Part shown: piece after piece, positions 21,440-30,620 of the stretch | How positions within the stretch are numbered: the stretch's first letter is position 1 | Layout: every line of letters begins with the position of its first letter | Assembly (NCBI GenBank): GCA_008632985.1 | Contig: QPGO01000092.1 | Coordinates: forward strand, 310,001-340,620 | Reading direction: 5' to 3' | DNA length: 30,620 bases | DNA from: Psammoneis japonica | Lineage: Eukaryota | Position numbers and translations under genes: made by a program | Notes under the pieces: model-generated | The model's database searches: none | Told to the model about the DNA's origin: nothing | The model's input: only the letters and a program-made list of their open reading frames with translations

Positions 21440-22783
21440 TTACTTTTGCTTTTTACTTTCGGCTTGCTTTGATGCGGGTGCTTTCCCCTGCCTGACTGGC
21501 CTTTGATTATTCTTGTATGGCGGACGCAAATCATTAGGATCGGGAATGAGACACATTGTTATGGAAATCACAATGGCGGCCAAAAACATGATGCTGTACG
21601 GCAAGTTATCCGCAAACATTCTTTGGATCGTCCTCAGAACTCCCGGCATAGGTCGTCCTTCTGCTTGACGTGATTCAATTGTGCCATCTTGTACGGCTTG
21701 CATAAAGGTGCTCGTCGTCTTGTAATTTAAATCTTGCCAATAATTTTTGGTTTTCACGTCGAGCGCAATGATCTGTGGTGTTTTTGTGACATTAAACTGT
21801 TCCAAGAAACGCCCCCACTCGGTTCCATCCATCCAACCAAAGTAATACTTTTCCACAACTTCTTCAGGACCAGTCGTAGCATAGGACGCCAAGTCCAATT
21901 TCATTTCTGCAACTTGCTGTGCATTGTTGCCGTCTACGATTCCCATAACCAGCGGCTTGCCGTTTCGTCCGAGCCGGTTGAAGTTTTGTGGACCAAAATT
22001 AGTGACCAGAGCCACGTTTTCCTGTATGACCCAGTCATTCAATTCGTCAACCGTCGTTGCCTTGGACATGGTAAACGGCTTTGGTTGTACATTTTCCTCC
22101 ACCTTGACCACAAAGCCCTTTTTGTGAGTTGCTGCAAACTTTGCAGCTTCCTCCTTGGAGGCGCTGGGCGAAAGGAGCGCAAAGCTTGCACTTGCCTGTT
22201 GCTGCCGTGCAACCTGTCCAAACACTTGCGTCAAGTGAGTAGATAAAATCATACTATCCACTCCGGAACCTTTTGCGTGGGGATGGTATGCTACAAAAGC
22301 AACTCCATCGATGCTCTTGAGAGCAACTTGCTGAATGGCTTCATCATAGGTCATTGCCAACTTTACAGGATTAGAACTCATCTTGATGGCAAACTCAATG
22401 ATGGATTCAGCCTTGCGGTTGCCTGGATAGTCGTGTACTTTACCGTCACGAGCAAATTTCAGTGTTGGGTATCCACGGACATTGAACTTGTTGCATAGCG
22501 CTTTGTGCTGCGTACAATCAATTGTTCCAATCGCCATTTTCCCTTGAATACGAGGAGCCACATCATCAAGCACCGGAGCTAAACGTTTACAATGGCCACA
22601 CCACGGCGCAAAGAACTTGAGCAGCCATAAAGAATTTGCAGGATCGTCGCTAATTGCTTCTTGAAACGTCTCACTTGTCAAGGCTACGACTGAACTGTGC
22701 GGAGTTCCGCCACGATAACTTTCAGCGTCAGCCACAAAGGCGCATGATACGAGTACCAATAAGGACAACAGCTTGTTCATCAT
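21440..22783 (-). CDS. Protein disulfide isomerase family, TMX3-like (ER membrane-anchored)
   Basis: Signal peptide MMNKLLSLLVLVSCAFVADA; FFAPWCGHCKRL thioredoxin site; FNVRGYPTL; two inactive Trx-like domains; C-terminal TM segment and KKXX ER-retrieval signal (ESKKQK). Confidence 0.92.
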   Translation of the reverse strand: MMNKLLSLLVLVSCAFVADAESYRGGTPHSSVVALTSETFQEAISDDPANSLWLLKFFAPWCGHCKRLAPVLDDVAPRIQGKMAIGTIDCTQHKALCNKFNVRGYPTLKFARDGKVHDYPGNRKAESIIEFAIKMSSNPVKLAMTYDEAIQQVALKSIDGVAFVAYHPHAKGSGVDSMILSTHLTQVFGQVARQQQASASFALLSPSASKEEAAKFAATHKKGFVVKVEENVQPKPFTMSKATTVDELNDWVIQENVALVTNFGPQNFNRLGRNGKPLVMGIVDGNNAQQVAEMKLDLASYATTGPEEVVEKYYFGWMDGTEWGRFLEQFNVTKTPQIIALDVKTKNYWQDLNYKTTSTFMQAVQDGTIESRQAEGRPMPGVLRTIQRMFADNLPYSIMFLAAIVISITMCLIPDPNDLRPPYKNNQRPVRQGKAPASKQAESKKQK

Positions 22784-22850
22784 GGCTTGTATATCGCCTA
22801 TTATTGGTAAAGTAAGAACGTACAGTAAGATCACCCGTCGTCTTCGTTCA

Positions 22851-22891
22851 TCGCGAGATCCAGATCGCGAATCTTGAATCGCGAATCGCGA
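22851..22891. promoter_or_regulatory. Cluster of four TCGCGA palindromes in the PDI/CDC27 divergent promoter
   Basis: TCGCGA at 22851, 22865, 22879 and 22886 within a 368-bp head-to-head intergenic region. Function is inferred from position only. Confidence 0.4.
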
Positions 22892-23151
22892 TCTCCCTCC
22901 AAAACGTGGTACAGAGAATACGTACGATTGTACTTACGAAGAGATCAGTACTGGTACACCGTGTCTGTACCGTATCTATGCGGCGTCTGTGTGTCTATGT
23001 CGATGAAGAGGCGTTCCCATCCGTTCTACCCCTGCCGGTATCACTGATGTCTGCGCGCTGAAATCGCAGAAGTCAAACAACCAAAAATCAGTGCAACCAA
23101 CAAAGACGACGCATCAGCGCTGCCTGTGCTGTAAACACAAGTCTCTTTACA

Positions 23152-25599
23152 ATGGGCGCTCCGATGCAGGATTCGTCTTCCAAACAAGTCTTAACGACGA
23201 ATGATTCGACAATGGAAAAGACGGGGTCGGATGACGATTCGTTGGAGGCGACTTATACGTCGCTGATTCAGCAGCACTTGTCTGTGCTGTGCATGGAGAA
23301 CGCCACGTTTCTCGCAGAACGTTTGGTGGCAACCACCAAGACATGCAATTCTGTTTATCTTCTCGCCATGTGTTATTATCGTGGTGGAGAAGTTGGACGA
23401 GCCACTCGTGTGCTGGAGGATTATCATTCCGAGACAACAACGACACCAGCGATTCAGTACTTATTGGGCAAGTGTTTGTATGAAAAGAAAAAGTACGGAG
23501 CAGCAGAACAAGTCTTGCTAGAGCAGGCTCGGGCTTTGAAACAGACCGCCGCCACTACCATGGAGGGGAGCGCAGATGATATGGATGAATGGATTCTTTC
23601 CACGACGGTACGATTCGTGTGAATTCATGTTTGCTAGGATTTCCGTACAAATATCTTACTTGTTCTGAACCGTATGTTTGTATCTTTTCTTTCCAACTAA
23701 TAGCCTTGTCCAATTCCAAACGGAGCTGCTGGTTTGTACTTACTGGGAAACATTTGCCGTAGATCGTATCGCAAACAACGTGCAATCAAATACTTTCACA
23801 TGTCGCTTCAATTGGATCCCACCATGTGGAGCAGCTACGAAGCTCTAGTTGAGATGGGAGATGATGCGGATGCTGTGGAAATTTTTGGTGTCACACCTGC
23901 TGCGCTCGTCGCACAGCAAGAGGTAGAAGAAGAGATTGGAGAGATGCCATCCCATTCCACTCCCATGCAAGACACGCGCTGCAACCCATGGATGTCGCAA
24001 CTCCATCCACAGCGGGCTCCGCGTCGTTTTCGTTGCACAAGACAATCTGTTTCAGTCGGGTTGTACGCAACCATCGTCAAAGAAATCGGTGCCTCGTCCC
24101 CCCATTCAACCCACCATGCTCTCCATGTTTGAAACCCCCAATCTGACACCCATTCCTAAGAGCCAAGACGATGACGAAAACAGGACAAATCCTTTGTGCC
24201 TCCGAGTAGCATCAAGCTGCACCGTGCCAAGCTTGTGGCGTCTCGCTTGTACTACCCCGCCTCCCCGGAAACGACACCGCAGCTGTCTGAAACGTCGCCG
24301 TCATTATATTTGAGTGGTATTGATCACCAGGGAAACACGTCCACCAAGAATCGTGTCTTGTTTCTACGGAAACTTCAACGACGACAACTCCGGCACCTAG
24401 TCAGAGGAATCCACGTAAACTGTTTCCGCCGCCGTCGTCCTTCAGCAATCGTGCTCAACAAGAAGACGCTCAAAACGAAGAAAAGGAGGAAGGGGCGATC
24501 ATGAGAAAACGTCAGGAGTTCAGGCTATCTAGAGCTGCTTTGTGTGCTTGGGACAGCTTACAAGCAACAATGTCAGGTACGTACTCGTATGCGAATATGT
24601 TGTGGTATCGTTATTTCTATTGGTTTTCTTACGCCCTATCTATCCTTCTTGGTACAGTACCGCTGCCGTGAGGCATTGCAGACGTTCTGTGCCCTCTCGC
24701 CCAAGCAGTTTGAAACAGGATGGGTCCTTCATCAGGTCGGGCGGGCATACTTTGAAGTCGCTGAGTACAAAAACGCCAAGCACTCTTGGAACTCATGCAC
24801 CGAGTTGAACCGCACCGCATGAAGGGACTCGAGGTCTTGTCACCGTCCTTTGGCATTGAAGAAGGAAGTGGAGCTATCGCATTTGGCACAGAGCGCCACA
24901 GACTTTGACCGCATGTCCCCTGAAGCTTGGTGCGTGGTGGGTAATTGCTTTGCTCTCCAAAAGGAGCACGAGACCGCCCTGACCTTCTTTCGTCGAGCCA
25001 TGCAACTTGATCCGTCATTCACCTACGCTCATACGCTCTCTGGACATGAGTACATGGCCAATGAAGATTTGAAAAGGCCGTGTGTGTTACCGCAACGCTA
25101 TCCGTGTTGATGAGCGTCATTACAACGCATGGTACGGTTTGGGGTCCATCTACTATCATCAAGAAAAGTACGACTTGGCTGAATACCATTATCGCCGGCC
25201 ATTACCATCAATCCTCAAAGCTGTGTGCTCTATTGCCATTTGGGGATGGCTCAGCACGCCAACGGCATGCCTTATGAGGCTCTCGACACTCTGACATCGG
25301 CCTTTCGCCTGCAGCCACGCAATCCGAACGCGCGTTATCAACGTGCCACGATCCTCATGGCGTTGGAGCGCCCACATGATGCCTTGGAAGAATTGAAGTT
25401 GGTGCGTGACGCAGCACCAAGGGAATCATCCATTCATTTTGCCATGGGACGTGTGCTGAAGCGGATTGGACGACCTGAACAGGCCATGAGGTGCTTCTTG
25501 ACCGCCATGGATTTGGATCCCAAGGACAACAACCTCATCAAGGCAGCTATGGACAAGTTGGACGAACCTGACGTGGACGAAGAAGTGTCGGCCTTTTAG
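23152..25599 (+). CDS. CDC27: Anaphase-promoting complex subunit 3 (CDC27), TPR protein; several single-base frameshifts in this sequence
   Basis: Motifs ENATFLAERL, YLLAMCYYR, LQLDPTMWSSYEALVEMG, TGWVLHQVGRAYFE, SPEAWCVVGNCFALQKEHETAL, FTYAHTLSGHEY, RHYNAWYGLG and APRESSIHFAMG. Introns 23608-23703 and 24577-24657. Confidence 0.93.
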
Positions 25600-26127
25600 A
25601 ATGAAAACCCTAAACTAGCGAGAAGCGATTTCAGATTGTGTTGGCTCTGCTGTGATCTTATCCGTCAGGTCGCAATTATTTCGGGCCGTCTTGAGGTCTC
25701 TAGGTTTCCCCCACTCCCAAGTAGGGAGGTCTAGATTGGTATGCAGGTGAGCTAGCTCGCTCTCTCCTAGGTAGAGCGAGAGAGAAAACTACGGTAGAAA
25801 CTAGCTAGAGAGTAGAGCCCTAACATTACGGTACACTTCACTTCATCGCATCGTCTGATCGGTCTACCTATGTTGGCTTGCTCGCTCGGCTCGCTCCAAC
25901 TACAGTGCTATCGTCTGTACGACGCTCGGGAGCGAACTTGAAGTTGGGGTCACGCGGTGACCTACCTACAAGTACGAGCGCCTGTAGAATCCACGTGAGA
26001 GTTCAACGCACGATCGATGACTGCACAGAAACAGTCACGAGTCGGTTACAAAGTCGTCGTACTTTCCCTCACAAAATCTCACACCAAGCCGCAGACGTCA
26101 CAAAAGAAAACGAAACAAAAATAGAAA

Positions 26128-26718
26128 ATGGTGGTTCCAATGGTCTATTTAGCTCCGGCACGCGTAGTTTACCGTGCAAAGCAACGTGGTGAAGTGGAAG
26201 CACTCGACAAGCAAGACAGAGGTGAAAAAATCAACACTGCAGACAGGATTTGTGCCGGGGAAAGGCCCGTCACAGCAGTGCTAAAACCAATAACAGGGAA
26301 AGGTGACGATCCGATTCTTACCAAAGAGGAACGCGGAAACATGACAACCACCGAACGCCTGAAACATTGCGAAACTGGTCGCCACATTGCCGTGGACAAA
26401 ATCAAGAATCGAAGAGAGAAAGCCGAGGAGGAGGCATACAAGAAACAAGAAAACGGTGAAGATCTAAACGCAATGGATCGACTAAAGCTTGGAGAACGCC
26501 CGACTCGTACTGTAGTCAAAGTTGTAACTGGCAAAACCAATGACTATATTCCAACCGCCAAGGAAAGGGCGCAAATGTCCACCTTTCAGCGAGTGAAGAG
26601 TGGTGAAGGTATAAGACATGCTAGAAAAGACAAGAGCATTCTCGGGGACTTAGTATATGGAAAGAGAAGTAAGAAAGATATGGAATTAAGCGATGATGTA
26701 CTGTCAAAGGACGAGTGA
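26128..26718 (+). CDS. Hypothetical hydrophilic protein with an internal two-fold repeat
   Basis: 196-aa ORF. DRICAGERPVTAVLKPITGKGDDPILTKEERGNMTT recurs as DRLKLGERPTRTVVKVVTGKTNDYIPTAKERAQMST 78 aa later. Confidence 0.8.
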   Translation: MVVPMVYLAPARVVYRAKQRGEVEALDKQDRGEKINTADRICAGERPVTAVLKPITGKGDDPILTKEERGNMTTTERLKHCETGRHIAVDKIKNRREKAEEEAYKKQENGEDLNAMDRLKLGERPTRTVVKVVTGKTNDYIPTAKERAQMSTFQRVKSGEGIRHARKDKSILGDLVYGKRSKKDMELSDDVLSKDE

Positions 26719-27193
26719 CGCGTGCCGCTCACAATGATGCACCGTGGTAGAGTGCCGTGACCTGCCACTGCTACACCAGTTATCTACTTGCAAAAATTTA
26801 TTAAGGCAAATATCAAAGCGATATCAGTAGAAGCTTTGTAATCATACCCCTCTACGCTGTTGCTTAAATGAGCAGCTCCAGCTATCTACTTCTACGATCT
26901 AGGCTAGAGACTCCCTCTAGACTACAGTACGACCGGTTGGTGTGTCATGGGCCTCTGCTGTAGAGAGCGAGAATTGGTTATGGGTGGTTGAAGAGTTAGT
27001 CGCGCGGTGACGATGACAAGCGAACAGAACAAAGCCAATGCGCATCCAGTGCAAAATTGCAAAACCCATTTTCTGTCCGAGCGAACGATGGAAGCCGATA
27101 AACACTGAACATAAGTTGAAGATAAACAACGGAATATCGGAAGGGAAGAAATAATCGAGACTCTCTAGAGAGAGTAAGACTCAACAGAGAAGA

Positions 27194-28343
27194 ATGGAGA
27201 GTGAAGAAGATGTTTTTGTCGAGTCGCCGTCGTCAGAGGATCCGGAGCTGACGCAATCGCGATCGGCTCGCATTCGAGCTATAGATCCACCACGAACGCA
27301 GAGAGAAATTGGACGGGACTACATTCTCCGATGGCTCGATGGACGTTTCTTTCAAGTGCTTAATGTCGTTGCGCTCTTTCTGGTGATTGCCGATGGCGCA
27401 TTCTTTTTCTTTTTGCTCATGGGGTGGCATGCAATGTGTGAGCCTCGTACGGATTGTGAACCTCGAAATTTTTGGTACAATTGGTCTGTTCAGGTGCTTA
27501 CTGGTTTGTTCACGTACATGGTGACCGTCTCGTTGCCCTGGAGAATGGCTAACTTTTGGCACACTATTGGTTGCGGTTTACGGAAGAACACTCCAGGCCT
27601 CGATCTCTATGCTCTTCCCACCAAAGATATTTGGTTTCATATTCCTCTCGGTCGACGACTGTAAGTGAGCGGGTTAGGTTTAGTGCGCGTGCTTCACTGC
27701 CCGAATAGATTTCAACGCATAGCTTTGCTTAAGTCTTGCGGGTTGTACATGACAGGGACAATTTATTTTCTAATTGCTGTTTTCTTTTTTTAATTTTATT
27801 GTTTCTCCAATCGAAGGGGGATCATCATAATTCTGCTGCTGAATGTCTTTACGCAGTATGCTAACCAAACGTATGTGTCTTCGAACTCACTTTTTGTTTG
27901 TTTGAATGGATTGGTGTACTGGTATGCACAATGTTCCGTCTCACAGCCCTCGTCCGTTTCTCCTTCAAAGCATGCGACTTATCTTCTACAGCTATGAGCT
28001 TCAAGCGGAACATGGATTAGCGGTTACCATATTTTTTGTGATGAGTTTCACGTTTGCTTTTCTTGCCTTCATATGGATGTCATTGGAGACCGTAAAATTA
28101 CGACGGGCGAATCCAGGGTTCTTTGCGGATGGAGAGTCTCCCGCCGACATGGTTAAGAAACACTGGAACAGGTATTGTTGTTGCATGTGTGGCGGTGGTA
28201 AAGCTGAAGATGAAAACAGTGACGCTGAAATGGAAATTACAGAAAGCGAGCTTCAATACCGCCACGCAGACCCAACAACAAATTCTGTGGCCGTCTTCTT
28301 TGGCAAGAGACGAGCAGAACTAAGAATGCTGGGAATAGGATAG
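27194..28343 (+). CDS. Multi-pass membrane protein, DUF2985-like; 3 exons
   Basis: Exons 27194-27660, 27817-27870 and 27971-28343 splice in frame. The motifs WSVQVLTGLFTY...LPWR and LLLNVFTQYANQ resemble DUF2985 as recalled; not searched. Confidence 0.75.
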
Positions 28344-28519
28344 TAACGCATACCTTATTAATATTTTTGCAATTTTTGTTCCTGACATACCTTTGTCCAG
28401 CGGATGCGATTCATTCTAGAAGCGCTCTCTGGCCTCAAAAAGCCATTGTTGTTGCAATGCCAGGAGCTCAGTCAGAGCTGTGGATGGTGTAAATTGTGTC
28501 GCCACACCATGCTTTCGCG

Positions 28520-29480
28520 TGTCTCGACTTGGGAAGCCTGCTGCGAGTCCCTTGCCGCTGACCCTGGCATTGAAGCGGTTGGGCGCTTTTCGCAGTTTTT
28601 TGACAAGGACCTCTCCGCTGAAGCTTGTTGTGCAGAGATCTTAGTCTCCAATGACCTCGTGGGACTTGTGCAGGGGACTCCTGGTGACATGAAGCTGACT
28701 CACCAGCTGCATGTTGATTTGCAGGTGCCACTTGACCCGGAGTGCTTCCCACAGGTGGACTTGCAGGCAGCTGTGTCAAGGCTTTGAGAGTGTGCAGGCA
28801 GACCTGATGGAGGTGTTTGCCACCCAACACACCATCATTGTCCCACACTTTTTGGCAGGGGGCATCATTGAAGCCTCCAGGGCTTTGATGCCACGCCACC
28901 TTGGAGTCACCAGCCAGCCCTGTGGCAAACACCTTGGGCAACCATGCGCCAATGACAAGTTGGCACCGGCAGTGTCTCACCCTGTCACCCATTTTCTCTG
29001 GCTTGCAGCCTTGTGTGAGATGCATGACACTGTCCTGGAGATGCCCTTGAGCTCTCCGCAGGGCAACCAGCAGTCACCTTGGTCACTGCTGGGCGCGCTT
29101 TGTGCCGCCATGCACACCGCTGTCACCAAGGCACACACCACAATGCTTTTCAGCCAGTGGTGTGGGAGAGCTTTGGGCATTGAGTTGCCCAGCAGGTGAC
29201 CTGCAAGGAGCTTTTGGACCAGATTTTGAGAACCACCCCCACTGGGCACCCTTCCTCAACAATGGTCTGTGAGGACAGCCAGTGCGCACCTCAAAGTTAC
29301 GAACACACCACTGAGATGTCTCCGCACGCACCGCCAGCCAAACGCACTGGCACTCCATGCTGTGGTTGGTGTTCCACATGAAAAATGAAGCACTCGAGAT
29401 CATCATTGAGCCTGCAGGAACTGGCGCTCAGCTTGCAGATCAGTTCACGAAGGGCCCAGTCCAAGCTTTTTTTGAATCTT
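28520..29480. other. TpA/CpG-erased block 4
   Basis: About 2 TpA in 28560-29400 by manual count. CpG is only partly reduced. TG/CA-rich. Confidence 0.7.
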
Positions 29481-29672
29481 GTCGTCTTACATGCTGGCAG
29501 CTCTGCGGTTGAGAGGGAGAGTCAAAATTGTCACAGTCATTTGGCAAAGTCATTACGACATTTTTTTACGTCTTTCTTACCGTACGTCAAAATCCATTCC
29601 TCTCACAAAATCGTTCGTTGAGCGCTGAGACTCTTCAGTTTGTAGCCAACATTTCCCCATAGAGAACTTTCA

Positions 29673-29705
29673 CAACAACAACAACAACAACAACTACTAC
29701 TACTA
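29673..29705. repeat. Compound microsatellite (CAA)7(CTA)4
   Basis: Directly visible. Confidence 0.9.
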
Positions 29706-29738
29706 CTTCTAATACTACTGTATTGCAACTTTGAGCTA

Positions 29739-29788
29739 CTGCTCTTATCTATAAAACTACTTCTGCTCTTATCTATAAAACTACTTCT
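29739..29788. repeat. 24-bp tandem duplication CTGCTCTTATCTATAAAACTACTT x2
   Basis: Two exact copies starting at 29739 and 29763. Confidence 0.9.
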
Positions 29789-30111
29789 TTGTATCTTTAC
29801 TACTATGTATCGCCGTGTAATCTGCGAGTACACGTGTGGGCCATGCTAGAAGATTTCGATCCCTTTGTATTTAAACAGCTTGGGCGCATTCATTGCAAGG
29901 GTGCTCCTCTTACTTACCCTGCATTCAAAATGTTTCTTTTCGAAACAGGAGGGGCACTTCAAGAGGAAAGCCTAAACAACTTTGAACAAGCTATGAACGT
30001 CTTTGTCCTTTCAAAGTTGGATGACTTATACCGGTACACAAGTCTGTGGAGTTTAATTCCGTAACATCAGACATTTTGGAGGAATTCGCAACTCTGGAAT
30101 CATAGAGGCAA

Positions 30112-30620
30112 CTATTCTTGGGACCCGCAGAGCCGACTATAGACTAGAATGGACAGCGTGATCTCCATCGAGAAATCATTGGAGTGTAGATATTGATCAT
30201 TATTGAAATCACGGTAAAGTGCGACCACGCCCCGCCAGATGATCTGAGAGAAAAGTATAGAGTATGCCACAAGATCTCGAACCTTTTGTAAACAGCTTGG
30301 CTTAATTCAAGGATCAAAGTAATTGAAAACGCCATGTTTTCTCAGGTTCTGCAATCCAGTTTTCCCGGACTTTACATCCTCTAAAGCCTTCGGCTCTGTC
30401 TTCGAAAGTATCAGATACGACATGGCACCAACGTCACCGTCAATATCGCCGTATCTGGCCCCCATTATCCCTTCATTTAACGCCACAGACAGATCCTCCA
30501 TCGGAAACATCGGCTTCGTCGCCGTCAGTAAGACCAGTTCCTTCTTCGGACCTAGCTCGACTCAAAGTGACGCCCCGTCGACGCCATTAGGCGAGCCAAG
30601 AGATGTGCCATCTCTGACAC
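30112..30620 (-). pseudogene. Possible gene fragment running off the window edge, with two in-frame TGA codons
   Basis: One minus-strand frame reads as protein-like from the window end to TAG 30114-30112, interrupted only by TGA at 30564-30562 and 30309-30307. No family recognised. Confidence 0.35.

Noticed and set aside
25603..25825. Telomere-like AACCCTAA/CCCTAAC motifs
   Set aside because: Isolated single copies, not tandem arrays.
29789..30064. Plus-strand 91-aa ORF next to the tandem repeats
   Set aside because: Short, with no recognisable motif or supporting splice structure.
3567..30564. Alternative genetic code or selenocysteine to explain the in-frame TGA/TAG codons
   Set aside because: Intact genes here terminate with TAA, TAG and TGA normally. 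The contexts suggest Arg or Tyr point mutations, not Sec or Trp.

Overview
Eukaryotic nuclear DNA, most likely from a pennate diatom: compact genes, short GT-AG introns, RKLQ/RRL propeptide motifs and diatom-type gene families. About eleven genes are supported: a 7-exon secreted Gly/Asn repeat protein with an in-frame TGA, a SnoaL/NTF2-like protein, mitochondrial glycerol-3-phosphate dehydrogenase with EF-hands, a hypothetical membrane protein, an MgtE-type transporter, a secreted Endonuclease I with a duplicated C-terminal domain, a probable beta-propeller, a Lys/His-rich protein, a TMX3-like PDI, CDC27 (many single-base indels), a two-repeat protein and a DUF2985-like protein. The most unusual feature is four kilobase-scale blocks (about 1-2950, 4900-5900, 19560-21120 and 28520-29480) that have lost almost all TpA and most CpG and are rich in TpG/CpA. 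CpG loss fits 5mC deamination. TpA loss is the opposite of fungal RIP and suggests a separate, region-targeted TpA->TpG/CpA mutation process. A 396-bp MITE with normal TpA/CpG content sits inside the first block, and the gene between two blocks shows matching lesions (probable CGA->TGA and Tyr->Cys). All counts are manual and no database searches were run.
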